Shown: positions 1-10,186 of the stretch, piece after piece
How the letters are laid out: each line of letters starts with the position of its first letter
How positions within the stretch are numbered: position 1 is the stretch's first letter
NCBI GenBank assembly: GCA_041937175.2
Contig: CP166615.1
Span: forward strand, 2,464,001 to 2,528,000
Source: Limnothrix sp. BL-A-16
GTDB lineage: Bacteria; Cyanobacteriota; Cyanobacteriia; CACIAM-69d
Direction of reading: 5' to 3'
Length of the DNA: 64,000 bases
Notes under the pieces: generated by a model
What the model saw: the letters and a program-made list of their open reading frames with translations, nothing else
Database searches by the model: none
Told to the model about the DNA's origin: nothing
Position numbers and translations under genes: made by a program

Positions 1-696
1 TTCCCGGGAAATATTCCACTCCCGATTCATGCGGCCAAAGGGCAACCGCTCCAGCAACAACACCCGATAGCCCAACCGCGCCATCATCGCCGCATGAATG
101 ACCCCCAAGGCCCCGCCCACATAGATCAAGTCATAGGCAATGGCCGGCAATGGGTCGGGGTTTTGTCCCTGAGCAGTCTGGCTCTGAGAAATCCGGCCCT
201 GAGAAGTCTGGCCCTGAAAAATAACCTGCTTATGTTGCTGAGGATTCCGCACCGCTTCCCGCCAGCGCTTTTCCCACCAATAGGCCCGCAACAAATCCCG
301 TTCACCATTGGGCATCCGTTGGAAATACTTAGCGGTTTGCGGATACTTGGGCGCAAGGGCTTCAAAAATATTGCTCTTTGTTAAGTCAATCTCAGGAAGT
401 TCCGGGTAGGTGGTGGGGAATTTTTCGGCCACCTGTTGCCGCATGGCCCGCACCAAAGCCTCTTCCCCCGCGATCGGGCGATCGCTCCACCGAAACAACT
501 TGAGATAGGTGGTGCGCTGCAAAGACCAAACGCAACCCGCCACGGTTTCCCCATCCCGATCGCCCGCCGGTTGCCAGCGAAACCCCGTGGGAGCCGCTAC
601 CTTCACCCCGCTGGGAACCATAAACTCTTGCTGCAACCAGTTCAGCACCGTTGCGGCTTCCGGAGTCGGCACTTCCAGATAAAGCAGTTCTTTCAT
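1..696 (-). CDS. cruA: CruA-type lycopene cyclase / FAD-dependent oxidoreductase, N-terminal part (runs off the window edge)
   Basis: Not in the ORF track because it is open at the edge. Hand translation from the ATG at 696 gives MKELLYLEVPTPEAATVLNWL... and later YDLIYVGGALGVIHAAMMARLGYRVLLLERLPFGRMNREWNISRE, the CruA/CruP FAD-binding region. Confidence 0.8.
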   Translation of the reverse strand, partial: MKELLYLEVPTPEAATVLNWLQQEFMVPSGVKVAAPTGFRWQPAGDRDGETVAGCVWSLQRTTYLKLFRWSDRPIAGEEALVRAMRQQVAEKFPTTYPELPEIDLTKSNIFEALAPKYPQTAKYFQRMPNGERDLLRAYWWEKRWREAVRNPQQHKQVIFQGQTSQGRISQSQTAQGQNPDPLPAIAYDLIYVGGALGVIHAAMMARLGYRVLLLERLPFGRMNREWNISRE

Positions 697-984
697 GGAT
701 TGGGTTCTGATTACTCAAATCGTAAACGGGCGTAAAAAGAAGCGTTTTGCAACAAACTTGCAACCAAAGCGGGAGTGTTTCCTTTTTTAGGGTGAAGTTT
801 TTCAGCCCTTGGGGTGCTGTGGACGCTGCAAAGCTCGCCTGAAAAGCATCTCAGGCTTTGGCGATCATTTCCATCATCGCGTGTTTCCGAGGCCCTAGCC
901 AAGCGGCGGATCCCCGCTCAGTGGCCACGAACCCCGGAGGCGAGCTGGTTTCACCTGTGATCTTAAGCAATCCTGGAAATATCC

Positions 985-1057
985 TTGACAGACGAAAGAA
1001 ATGCGCTATCCTTCCGTTTACTCAAAATAATTAATAAACTTTACAGAAGTTTACAAA
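985..1057 (+). promoter_or_regulatory. Sigma70-like promoter (TTGACA...TATCCT) plus HLR1-like direct repeat TTTACAGA-AG-TTTACAAA (1040-1057)
   Basis: Motifs seen directly. The repeat fits the RpaB-binding HLR1 consensus (G/T)TTACA(T/A)(T/A)-N2 repeat with one mismatch. Confidence 0.45.
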
Positions 1058-1546
1058 TATCGAGAGTAATTGCCTAAGCTGACTTAACAGGGCTGACTTA
1101 ACAGGGGCGATCGCATCGGGATCGCTCCCTGGAGATCGGAATTGACCTGCCCGTATTGACCTGTTCTGTATTGACCTGTCTGTAAACACCTTGCGGGTTC
1201 CCTGGATCTGCAAGCGGTCTGGGGACAGGCGAGCTTGATCAAGCCGGATGGTTGATGGGTTGCCCCACTACGCCACCGAATGGCCGACCTCGCCTGTCCC
1301 CAGGATGCCCAATTGAGTTGGGTTTTGACTGGGGTTGGATGGGGGTTCAGCAAGATTGCTAGATGAGATGGCTGGACAAAATTTGGTGATCTCTGGGCGA
1401 TCGCGCCTGCCCTTGCTAACCCAAAACCGGACAACCCTGTGGGCCTCAATGCTCGTTGCCCGTTGAAGTTTCGCTTGCTGTCCTTGGGAAATGAATTTCC
1501 CGATCGCTCCCCGCTCAACACACCTTTTCGATTCGGAGTTTCGGTT

Positions 1547-1807
1547 GTGAATGCGTTTAATCCAACCTATGGCCAGTCGCCCTATGGCCAGCCGCGCCCC
1601 CGCAGGGCGGAGTTAGCCCCCTCAGGCGAAGGCTTGATTGATTCGATCGCCGATGCCATCACCGTGGCGATCGCGGCGGCCCGGGCCAAGGGCCAGTCCT
1701 TGGAAGATCTGACGGCGGAAGTGCTGGCGGATGATAACTTGCTGGATGGTGAGTCCCGGCGCTGGCTGAGTGATGTGGTGGCCCGCACCTGGGAACAACT
1801 GCACTAG
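1547..1807 (+). CDS. Small hypothetical protein, cyanobacterial type
   Basis: GTG start after GGAG. The sequence AIAAARAKGQSLEDLTAEVLADD...RRWLSDVVARTW resembles a conserved cyanobacterial hypothetical family. Confidence 0.7.
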   Translation: MNAFNPTYGQSPYGQPRPRRAELAPSGEGLIDSIADAITVAIAAARAKGQSLEDLTAEVLADDNLLDGESRRWLSDVVARTWEQLH

Positions 1808-1892
1808 GCGATCGCGGCCAGGAAACTGCACTAGGCGAGCAAACTAGGCGAGCAAGCGATCAAACTAGGCGATCGCAGCTAGAGAGTCGCCC

Positions 1893-3140
1893 CTAGGCAA
1901 CCCAGCGCCCGATCGCCACGCCTAAGGTGGACACCCCCGCCATCACCAGCAGGCGTTGGGTTGGGGACAAATTTTGTTCAACCATAATTGTCCAAAGGGG
2001 CATGGCGGAAAAGGTGAAGGCCAAGGCTCCCAGCATCCCCAGCCACACAAACCCCAATGTCAAATTAATGACCGTGACAGCGGAAGCCAAGGCCAACAGG
2101 GCGTTGCGTAGGGCCCCGACCCAGGAAATATGCATCAGAAATTTGGTGAGCAGGCCAACGGTTAGCCCGGTGGCCCCACCCAACAGAATGCTCAACACCT
2201 GCTGGGGCAGCGGAACCGCCAGGACGATCGCCATGGCCCCGCCGGTTAGGGCCAAAAAACCCCATTGCAACCCGGCTATCCCCGCCAGGGAACTGAGGGC
2301 CAGCAGCAGCCAACTTTGGGGCGGCGGATCCAAAACCGCTAGACTGCTGCCCCAGAGTGCATAACCCAAAAGCCAGAGGGTTAGTAGTGGCCATGGCAGG
2401 CGCTGGCCGGCTTCCCAAAGGTTCCCGGGTCTGGGGGGTGGCGGCGGCGGGCCCGCGTTGGGAACGGCGAAGTTGGGATTGCTCATCAGATAGCGATGGG
2501 GCCGATCGGGCGGGGGTGCGTCCGTTGGTGCATCGGTGGATTCGACCGCCCCGCTCGCCGCGCGATCAACAGGATTCGACTGGACTGAATCGATCGCCCG
2601 ATCGGTGGCCGGTTCCGTCTTGGGCAAGGGGGCGACGGGGCCCGGTTGCCAATCGGCGCTGAAGGGTTGTCCATCAGGCATGGTGGCGGCGGTGAAATCC
2701 CCTTGGGCGATCGGTTCCGAATCCCAATCGAAGATCGCGTCGGTCAAGTCCGCGGCCGCAAAACAAGCCCCGGTCAACATTGCGCCGGTTAAGTTCGCCC
2801 CCCGCAAATTTGCCTGCCGAAAGTCAGCCGCCGACAAATCCGCCCCTTGCAGTTGGGCTTCCGACAGTTGGGCATTGACAAAGCTGGCTCGGCTAAAATT
2901 TGCCTTTTGGGCATTGACTCGATCGAGCCGGGCCGCACGCCACTGACTTTCCGCCGCCGACACCTTTAGCAACGTGGCCCCGCTGCAATCCGTTTCGCTC
3001 AAATCAGCCCGATCGAGCTTGGCTTGGCGCAGGGACAGCCCCACCAACGACAGCTTTCGCAAACATTGGCCTTCCAGGCTCACCCAAGGAAAGTCGCGCC
3101 GTCCCCGATCGAGCGCCAATTGAAACTCCGACAACTCCAT
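1893..3140 (-). CDS. Pentapeptide-repeat protein with Pro-rich linker and C-terminal multi-TM domain
   Basis: A(D/N)LxxA repeats in about aa 20-150, a PPPPPP linker and a hydrophobic C-terminus. Confidence 0.85.
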   Translation of the reverse strand: MELSEFQLALDRGRRDFPWVSLEGQCLRKLSLVGLSLRQAKLDRADLSETDCSGATLLKVSAAESQWRAARLDRVNAQKANFSRASFVNAQLSEAQLQGADLSAADFRQANLRGANLTGAMLTGACFAAADLTDAIFDWDSEPIAQGDFTAATMPDGQPFSADWQPGPVAPLPKTEPATDRAIDSVQSNPVDRAASGAVESTDAPTDAPPPDRPHRYLMSNPNFAVPNAGPPPPPPRPGNLWEAGQRLPWPLLTLWLLGYALWGSSLAVLDPPPQSWLLLALSSLAGIAGLQWGFLALTGGAMAIVLAVPLPQQVLSILLGGATGLTVGLLTKFLMHISWVGALRNALLALASAVTVINLTLGFVWLGMLGALAFTFSAMPLWTIMVEQNLSPTQRLLVMAGVSTLGVAIGRWVA

Positions 3141-3250
3141 GGCAACGAATCATCCCCCTACCGCGCAATGCGGCAACCCATGGCGTTAAGCTATGGAGCA
3201 GACTCCATCAGCAATCGTTCCCTATTTTGGCTTCAAAAGCAGCTTGACCC

Positions 3251-3772
3251 ATGCCTCGAACTCAAAAAAACGACAATTTTATTGACAAAACCTTTACGGT
3301 GATGGCGGACTTGATTCTGAAAGTGCTGCCCACCAACAAAAAAGCGAAAGAAGCTTTTGTTTATTACCGAGATGGTATGTCTGCCCAAGGCGAAGGTGAA
3401 TATGCAGAAGCCTTGCAAAACTACGAAGAAGCCCTGAACCTAGAAGAAGATCCCTACGATCGCAGCTTCATTCTGTATAACATGGCCTTGATTTTTGCCA
3501 GCAATGGCGAACGGGAAAAAGCCGTTGATTACTATCATCAAGCCCTTGATCAGAATCCGCGAATGCCCCAGGCCCTGAATAACATTGCCGTGATTTATCA
3601 CTACAACGGCGAGCAGGCCCAAGCCAGCGGCGAAGACGAAGCAGCCGAGCGCTGGTTCGACAAGGCGGCGGAATATTGGAAGCGGGCCATTCGCTTAGCG
3701 CCCAACAACTACATCGAGGCCCAAAATTGGTTAAAAACCACCGGTCGATCGAACATGGATATCTTCTTCTAG
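3251..3772 (+). CDS. ycf3: Photosystem I assembly protein Ycf3
   Basis: [20 protein letters not shown]...[19 protein letters not shown] repeats, C-terminal [15 protein letters not shown]. Confidence 0.98.
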   Translation: MPRTQKNDNFIDKTFTVMADLILKVLPTNKKAKEAFVYYRDGMSAQGEGEYAEALQNYEEALNLEEDPYDRSFILYNMALIFASNGEREKAVDYYHQALDQNPRMPQALNNIAVIYHYNGEQAQASGEDEAAERWFDKAAEYWKRAIRLAPNNYIEAQNWLKTTGRSNMDIFF

Positions 3773-3934
3773 GTTGATTTTTTCATCATTTTTCAATCGG
3801 CTGGATACTCGTTTTCGAGTTGAGATCTAGATTGATTCTTGAGTCCATCCTTGAGTTGATTCTGGATTAATCCTTGGATGAATACCCGAGGGATGAATGC
3901 TGAAGTCGATCGTTCACAGATCATGGCAGACCTG

Positions 3935-4167
3935 GGGCTTAGGCTTGTCGTCAAATCGCCCAAAGCCCTGACTCCATCGCTAACCGATTGGGTAGTGGAC
4001 AAGGGGTTTAGGGCCGGTCGTCACTTAGCACGAAACCCTAGAGCTGCCGTTAGCGGATCGTAGGGGACAAGGGGCTTAAGCCCCTTGTTAGGACGATTGA
4101 GCGACGATCAGACATAGGAAAATCAGCCATTTCAGCTCGATCTCAGTAAATGACGACAGGCCCTAGG
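3935..4167. mobile_element. Composite MITE-like element: two diverged left arms, palindrome, right arm ending TGACGACAGGCCCTA
   Basis: Homologous to 36131-36501 and 47947-48135. Central ACAAGGGGCTTAAGCCCCTTGT at 4067-4088. Confidence 0.7.
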
Positions 4168-4266
4168 GCGATCGCCTAGTATTGCCACTTAGGATTCAAT
4201 TTCTCGATCTGTTGGGATCCTGGAAATTGACCTTTCAACAAGCAAACCATCGCAATTAGAGCTGCT

Positions 4267-4557
4267 ATGAGCCTCAGTTTGGACGAAGTTCGCAAAGTTG
4301 CCCATTTGGCGCGAATTCAACTGACCGCTGAAGAGGAGGAAAAATTCGCCGCCCAACTCAACAACATCCTGACCTATGTGGAACAGTTGAGCGAGTTGGA
4401 CGTGACCGATGTGGAACCCACCACCCGGGCGATCGATGTGAATAATGTGATGCGTCCTGATCAACTCGATCGCTACACCGATCGGGAAGGGCTGTTGGGC
4501 TGCGCACCCGATCGTGATGAAGATTTCTTCAAAGTGCCCAAGATCTTGAACAGCTAA
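4267..4557 (+). CDS. gatC: Asp/Glu-tRNA amidotransferase subunit C
   Basis: VRKVAHLARI...QLNNILTYVEQLSELDV..VEPT...FFKVPKI. Confidence 0.97.
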   Translation: MSLSLDEVRKVAHLARIQLTAEEEEKFAAQLNNILTYVEQLSELDVTDVEPTTRAIDVNNVMRPDQLDRYTDREGLLGCAPDRDEDFFKVPKILNS

Positions 4558-4653
4558 ACGGGCGATCGGGTTAGGCACTCTGACCCATCCAAACATTACA
4601 CGGGGTGGGCGGATTCAATTCCGCCCATTTTTATGGCTCACGCAAGCTGGCTC

Positions 4654-5781
4654 ATGCAATACCGACGATTTGGCAAAACTAATCTTCAACTATCCGTCTT
4701 TTCCTTGGGGACAATGCGCTGCTTGGATTCTGCCGAGCAGGCGGCCGAAGTGTTTGCTCGGGCGATCGAGCTAGGGATTAACCATCTGGAAACCGCCCGG
4801 GGTTATGGAGCCAGCGAAGTTTTTGTGGGCCAGGCGATCGCCCAAGGAATTGTGCCGCGCGATCGAGTCATTCTCACCAGCAAACTATTACCCACCGGCA
4901 GCCCAGAAGAGATCGATCGGCAACTGACCGAATCCCTGGAACGCCTGCAAACGCCCTATTTAGATTGCTTAGCCATTCATGGGGTAAATCTGCCAGAGCA
5001 TTTAGATTGGATTCAAGACCAACAATCGGGCATGGCCGCATTGCATCGGGCCTTGGCTGATGGTCGAATTCGCCATTTAGGATTTTCCACCCATGGGCCC
5101 TTGGCTTTGATTTTGCAGACCATTGCCACCGGTCAATTTGAGTTTGTCAATTTACATTTCAACTACTTTTTTCAACGCAATGCCCCCGCTATTCAAGCGG
5201 CCCTCGATCGGGATTTGGGCATTTTCATCATTTCCCCCGCCGACAAAGGGGGACGGCTCTACACCCCGCCGCCCACCTTGAGCCAACTCTGTGCGCCCCT
5301 GTCGCCGTTGGGGGCCGGTTACCGTTGGCTGCTGGCCCAACCGGGGATCACCACCCTGAGCGTTGGCCCCGCCAAGGTGGAAGAGCTAGCGGCGATCGAA
5401 CCCTGGATTGAGCGCACCGAACCCCTCAGCGCGGAAGAGCAGGCGATTTTTAATCGGCTCGATCGACACCAAATCGCCGCCCTCGAAACCGATCGTTGTG
5501 CCCAATGCTATGCCTGCTTGCCCTGTCCCGAGGAAATCCAAATTCCGGAGGTGTTGCGGCTGCGTAATCTGGCGGTGGCTTTCAAAATGGTGGACTTTGG
5601 CCGCTATCGCTACGGCATGTTTGAAAATGCTGGACATTGGTTTCCAGGCCAACGGGGCGATCGTTGCACGGAATGTGGTGATTGCTTGCCCCGTTGCCCC
5701 GAACAATTAAACATTCCCGACCTGTTACAAGACACCCACGATCGACTCAGCGGCCGTTGGGGTCGTCGCCTTTGGGATTAG
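4654..5781 (+). CDS. Aldo/keto reductase with C-terminal 4Fe-4S dicluster
   Basis: MQYRRFGKT..LSVFSLGTMR, ETARGYG, and C-terminal CAQCYACLPCP and CTECGDCLPRCP. Confidence 0.92.
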   Translation: MQYRRFGKTNLQLSVFSLGTMRCLDSAEQAAEVFARAIELGINHLETARGYGASEVFVGQAIAQGIVPRDRVILTSKLLPTGSPEEIDRQLTESLERLQTPYLDCLAIHGVNLPEHLDWIQDQQSGMAALHRALADGRIRHLGFSTHGPLALILQTIATGQFEFVNLHFNYFFQRNAPAIQAALDRDLGIFIISPADKGGRLYTPPPTLSQLCAPLSPLGAGYRWLLAQPGITTLSVGPAKVEELAAIEPWIERTEPLSAEEQAIFNRLDRHQIAALETDRCAQCYACLPCPEEIQIPEVLRLRNLAVAFKMVDFGRYRYGMFENAGHWFPGQRGDRCTECGDCLPRCPEQLNIPDLLQDTHDRLSGRWGRRLWD

Positions 5782-5904
5782 GCAGCAGGATATCGGTATC
5801 GTGAAGGGTTTCAGGCAATCTTTGAAAAAGTATTTGAAAGGATGTTTGAAGGGATATCTGAAGAATAGTTTTCAGCACAAATCAAGCAATCATCATCGTT
5901 GGGG

Positions 5905-5924
5905 CAAGGGGCTTAAGCCCCTTG
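5905..5924. repeat. 20 bp REP-like palindrome CAAGGGGCTTAAGCCCCTTG
   Basis: Perfect palindrome. Further copies at 4068, 15913, 19804, 36404, 41145, 41224 and 48013, all intergenic. Confidence 0.9.
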
Positions 5925-6691
5925 TCTGGATCAGTTGGTGAGATCCGCAAGGTAGCCGTTTAGGCCTTTCAGATATCCCCTGAGGGATGGAAGTCATTGC
6001 CGCAATCCAAATCTAGAGAACAGTACAAATTTTTTTGAATTTTGTTTCTAAGTCGAAGTTCAAATCGAGGTACAAATCTTTTTTGAGTTCCTCATAAAAC
6101 CTGGCAGGCAGCAGACCAGACTGTTTTCTGATTTCCTTCACTTTATTCTTCAAAAGATTACGCTTCAAGTTGGCTCAAAAAGTGAATTTTTAGATCATTT
6201 CTAAATATTTTTAAAATTATCTCTAAAGCATCTTTAAGTTTCTTTTGAACCATTTGTAAAACACTTTTCTGTTATTTTTGCGACCATTTCTACAACAATA
6301 TTACGTAATCTTTACAACACACAGACAGAGGATCGGAAATATACTGAAAACATATCCAAAATCTACCCAGATCAGACCTAAGACTCCTGTCAAAAACAAT
6401 CGAAATATTAAATCTTTCTTAAAGATCCGAGAAATTCGAGTATGGATTTGAACCCTTGATCGAATCCGGATTCAAGAATCATTATTGATGATCTTTAAAA
6501 AACACAGAGGTTTCTAAAGATTGCTGATAGTAAAAGCTAAAAAAACAAAAAGATTCCTCTATTTTCATGGCAAACGCGCTACATCTGACATAGGGAATTT
6601 TGAGCCTTTGAACCTGGTTCCTAGTCCCTGCTAAGGAAATCAACCTAAGTAAACCTGTATGTTTGATGCCGCTCCTTTGGGAGAATATGCC

Positions 6692-9600
6692 ATGGCCAGC
6701 ACTCAAGACGAGCAATCGTTGACGATGAGAGCCGAAGAAATTCGGGTCGTTGGCGTTGTCCAAGGAGTCGGCTTTCGTCCCACGGTTTATCGATTGGCGA
6801 TCGAATGTGGACTGATGGGATCGGTGGCGAATGATGGAGTTGGCGTGGTGATTCGGATTGCGGGATATCCGGATCAAATTGATGTTTTTTTGCAACGGCT
6901 TTATCAGGAAAAACCGCCCCTTTCCCGCATTGATACGCTGATCCGAACCCCGATCGCCCTATCGGAATTGATGGAGCCAGGACTGCCGTTGCCGAGTGGC
7001 AACCTGTCCGTTGTTTCTTCGCCGGAATCTGGTGCATTGGACAGGCTGGCGGCCCCTGAGCAATTACCTGAGCAATTACCTGAGCAATTACCCGCAGAAT
7101 CAGCAGCCGAATCCGCGACAGAGCGGCTAACGAACTTGCCCACAGGGCCATCCAGGTTCACAGCGACCTTTGAGTCTGAATCCGGCGATCTCACTTGGGA
7201 TGAACAGTCGATCGCCCTGGGGCAAGAGACGGCGATGCAAATTCAGCGAAATCGCCAGGCAGCTCAGGCTCACGGTCATCAAGGGCATTTAGCAGCGGGC
7301 AAGTTTGAAGGCCCGCGCTGCCCCCTGCATTTGCACCCGCAACATCGCTCCACCTATGACCAAGCCCCAATGGCGGAATCGGTGGTAACGGAGGAAACCG
7401 CGCCGCCAGTCCCGTTGCGGGGCGTGGCGGTTACGAAAAACAGCGCGATCGAGCAGCAGGCTGGGGAACCTTACGGAAAGACGCTGGCGATCGATCCCCT
7501 GGAGGAAGCAACGATTGGGCAAGGGGGAGCCGCAAATCACAGCCGATCGCACTGGTTTGGCAGGGGCCCCGAGGATGAGCGGCCTGCCCCCAGCACCACC
7601 GAAGCTGGCGCGAGATCCGAAATCGATGCGCGGTTGGATTCCTTTGATCGCGGGCTAAACCAGGGCTTGGATCAAGACTTGAATCAAGACTTGGATCAGC
7701 CCCTGGATCCGGAGTTATCCAACTCCTTGGCGGAGGAACTGGCGGAACTCTTGGAGCCGGCCATCAATCGGCTGCGGCCCTTGGAACCGGTGGAATCGCC
7801 CAAGGCTCCCATGGGGCCGATCGTGCCGGTGGTGTTAGATGATGCGGAGCCGGGGCCGGCTTTATATACGCCGCTGCAACCCCCGCCCCCGATCGTGTCT
7901 CGATCGGCTCCTTCGCCGGTTTCCCATCGCAGCCGCGCCTTGGATTTGTCTTCGGCGGAACTGCTAGGGCGATCGCCCTTGTCTTTCCGAATTTTGGAGA
8001 GCCAGTCGGGCCCGGTGCGCACCCAAATTGCGCCGGACACGGCCACCTGTGCCGCCTGCCTGCGGGATTTGCACGATCCCCACAGCCGGTATTATCACTA
8101 TCCCTTCGTGAACTGCACCCATTGCGGGCCGCGGCTGACGGTGATTCGCTCCCTACCCTACGATCGGGTGCGCACCAGCATGGTGGGATTTCAACTCTGT
8201 CCCGACTGCCAGCGCGATTACGACAATCCGAGCGATCGCCGCTTCCATGCCCAGCCCACGGCCTGCCCGGAATGCGGGCCGCGCATTTGGTTTGAGCGCC
8301 CCAGCCAGCAACGGCCGATCGTGAAGGATGAGCAGGCGATCGCCCAGGCGGCGGAAGCGATTCGCCAAGGAGCGATCGTGGCCATTAAAGGCTTGGGCGG
8401 CATCCATTTAGCCTGCGATGCCACCCAGGAGGCCGTGGTGCAACGGCTGCGGGCCCGTAAACATCGCCCCCACAAGCCCTTGGCGGTGATGGCCCGCAAT
8501 TTGGAGTCTGTGCGGCGGTTTTGCACAGTCAGTGATCACGAGCGATCGCTCCTCTTGGGGGGTGCTGCCCCGATCGTGCTGCTCAACATCCACGATCCCC
8601 ATTACTTGGCTCCATCGGTGGCCCCTGACATGACGGAAGCGGGGGTGATGTTGCCCTACTCCCCCCTGCATCATCTGCTGATGATTGCGGTGGATCGGCC
8701 CATTGTGCTGACCAGTGGCAACCGGGCCGGCAATCCCCAATGCATTGACAACCACGAAGCCCATCTTCAGTTGCAGTCGATCGCCGATGCCTTTTTGCTT
8801 CACAATCGATCGATCCTGAATCGGGTGGATGATTCGGTGGTGCGGGTGTTGCCCACTTCGGTGCAGGTAATTCGCCGATCGCGCGGCTACGCTCCCAGTT
8901 CCATTAACCTGCCGCCGGGCCTCACCAGCAGCCCGCCGATCTTGGCCCTGGGCAGCGATTTGAAAAACACCATTTGCCTCTCGCGGGACGGGCAAGCGAT
9001 CCTCTCGCCTCACCTTGGAGATTTGGACTCGCCCGCCTGCCTCCAGGCCTACAGCACCGCGATCGCGGACTTGCGCAACTTGTTTGACCACCGCCCCAGC
9101 GCGATCGCCGTGGATCTGCACCCGGATGGCCAGGCCGTGAAGGTGGGTGAGTCCTTGGCCAAGGCTTTGGAAGTGCCATTGCTGCGCATTCAGCACCACC
9201 ATGCCCACATTGCCGCCTGCTTGGCCGATAACCAATGGGGATTCGATCGCCCGCCCGTTTTGGGCATTGCCCTAGATGGATTTGGGTGGGGCAGCGATGG
9301 CACGGTTTGGGGCGGCGAGCTGCTGTGGACCACCTACGAGCAATATCACCGAGTCGGGGCCCTTTGGCCAGCGCGGTTACTGGGGGGCAACCGCGCCGCT
9401 CAGGAGCCTTGGCGGAATTTATACGCCCAGTTCCACGCCACGGGAATGCTCGATCGGGTGAATTCCGAGGATTGGTTTGCCCAAAAGCCGCTGAATCTGC
9501 TGACGGGCATGGCCAAAACGGGGTTCAACAGTCCTTGGACTTCATCCTGTGGACGGTTGTTTGATGCGGTGGCGGCCTTTTTGGGCTGTGCGCCCGACTG

Positions 9601-10048
9601 CTTGAGCTATGAAGGCCAAGCGGCAATCGCCCTAGAGAACCTAGCCCGCCAAGCTTGGGATCAGGATCAACAGGCTTACCCGATCGAGCTGCGATCGGAA
9701 TCGCTGCTGTGGTTGCATCCCCAACCCCTTTGGGAAGCCCTGATTTTGGATCGGGCCATGGGGCTGCCCGAGGCGGTGATGGCCCTGCGGTTCCATCGCG
9801 GCTTGGCCCAAGCCCTGGTGCAAGCGGCCCAAACCTTGAAGCAGCAGGGATTGCACTTTGGGGCGATCGCCTGTGGGGGGGGAGTCTTCCAAAATCGGCT
9901 GCTGTTGCGATGTTTGGAAGCGGCCCTGATGGCTAGCAATTTGCACGATCCGCTGCTGTTGCCGCAACAGGTTCCCGTAAACGACGGGGGCTTGGCGTTG
10001 GGGCAAACGGCGATCGCGGCCGCCTGGCTCCAGTTGGGCCATGTTTAG
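6692..10048 (+). CDS. hypF: Carbamoyltransferase HypF with large internal insertion
   Basis: Acylphosphatase motif GVVQGVGFRP; zinc fingers CAAC..NCTHCGPR and CPDC..HAQPTACPECGP; YrdC region AIKGLGG; Kae1 HHHAH and LDGFGWG; NDGGLALGQ. Start placed at the ATG after GGAGA. Confidence 0.95.
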   Translation: MASTQDEQSLTMRAEEIRVVGVVQGVGFRPTVYRLAIECGLMGSVANDGVGVVIRIAGYPDQIDVFLQRLYQEKPPLSRIDTLIRTPIALSELMEPGLPLPSGNLSVVSSPESGALDRLAAPEQLPEQLPEQLPAESAAESATERLTNLPTGPSRFTATFESESGDLTWDEQSIALGQETAMQIQRNRQAAQAHGHQGHLAAGKFEGPRCPLHLHPQHRSTYDQAPMAESVVTEETAPPVPLRGVAVTKNSAIEQQAGEPYGKTLAIDPLEEATIGQGGAANHSRSHWFGRGPEDERPAPSTTEAGARSEIDARLDSFDRGLNQGLDQDLNQDLDQPLDPELSNSLAEELAELLEPAINRLRPLEPVESPKAPMGPIVPVVLDDAEPGPALYTPLQPPPPIVSRSAPSPVSHRSRALDLSSAELLGRSPLSFRILESQSGPVRTQIAPDTATCAACLRDLHDPHSRYYHYPFVNCTHCGPRLTVIRSLPYDRVRTSMVGFQLCPDCQRDYDNPSDRRFHAQPTACPECGPRIWFERPSQQRPIVKDEQAIAQAAEAIRQGAIVAIKGLGGIHLACDATQEAVVQRLRARKHRPHKPLAVMARNLESVRRFCTVSDHERSLLLGGAAPIVLLNIHDPHYLAPSVAPDMTEAGVMLPYSPLHHLLMIAVDRPIVLTSGNRAGNPQCIDNHEAHLQLQSIADAFLLHNRSILNRVDDSVVRVLPTSVQVIRRSRGYAPSSINLPPGLTSSPPILALGSDLKNTICLSRDGQAILSPHLGDLDSPACLQAYSTAIADLRNLFDHRPSAIAVDLHPDGQAVKVGESLAKALEVPLLRIQHHHAHIAACLADNQWGFDRPPVLGIALDGFGWGSDGTVWGGELLWTTYEQYHRVGALWPARLLGGNRAAQEPWRNLYAQFHATGMLDRVNSEDWFAQKPLNLLTGMAKTGFNSPWTSSCGRLFDAVAAFLGCAPDCLSYEGQAAIALENLARQAWDQDQQAYPIELRSESLLWLHPQPLWEALILDRAMGLPEAVMALRFHRGLAQALVQAAQTLKQQGLHFGAIACGGGVFQNRLLLRCLEAALMASNLHDPLLLPQQVPVNDGGLALGQTAIAAAWLQLGHV

Positions 10049-10091
10049 GGTCTCGGTGATCCCGTGCTGGTCGCCACTGGAAATCACCGGG

Positions 10092-10149
10092 AATCACGAG
10101 CCATCAATCACGAGCCATCAATCACAAGCCATCAAAATCACAAGCCATT
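10092..10149. repeat. Short tandem repeat, about 4 x AATCAC(G/A)AGCCATC
   Basis: Seen directly between hypF and hypC. Confidence 0.75.
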
Positions 10150-10186
10150 TAAAGCCAGCCCTTAGGAGTCATTGAGAGGTTTCAGG

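Noticed and set aside
6960..7975. Intein or intron in hypF
   Set aside because: No recognisable intein N-terminal block, no terminal His-Asn before C/S/T, no LAGLIDADG motif and no intron features. The sequence is low-complexity and contains HIP1 like host genes.
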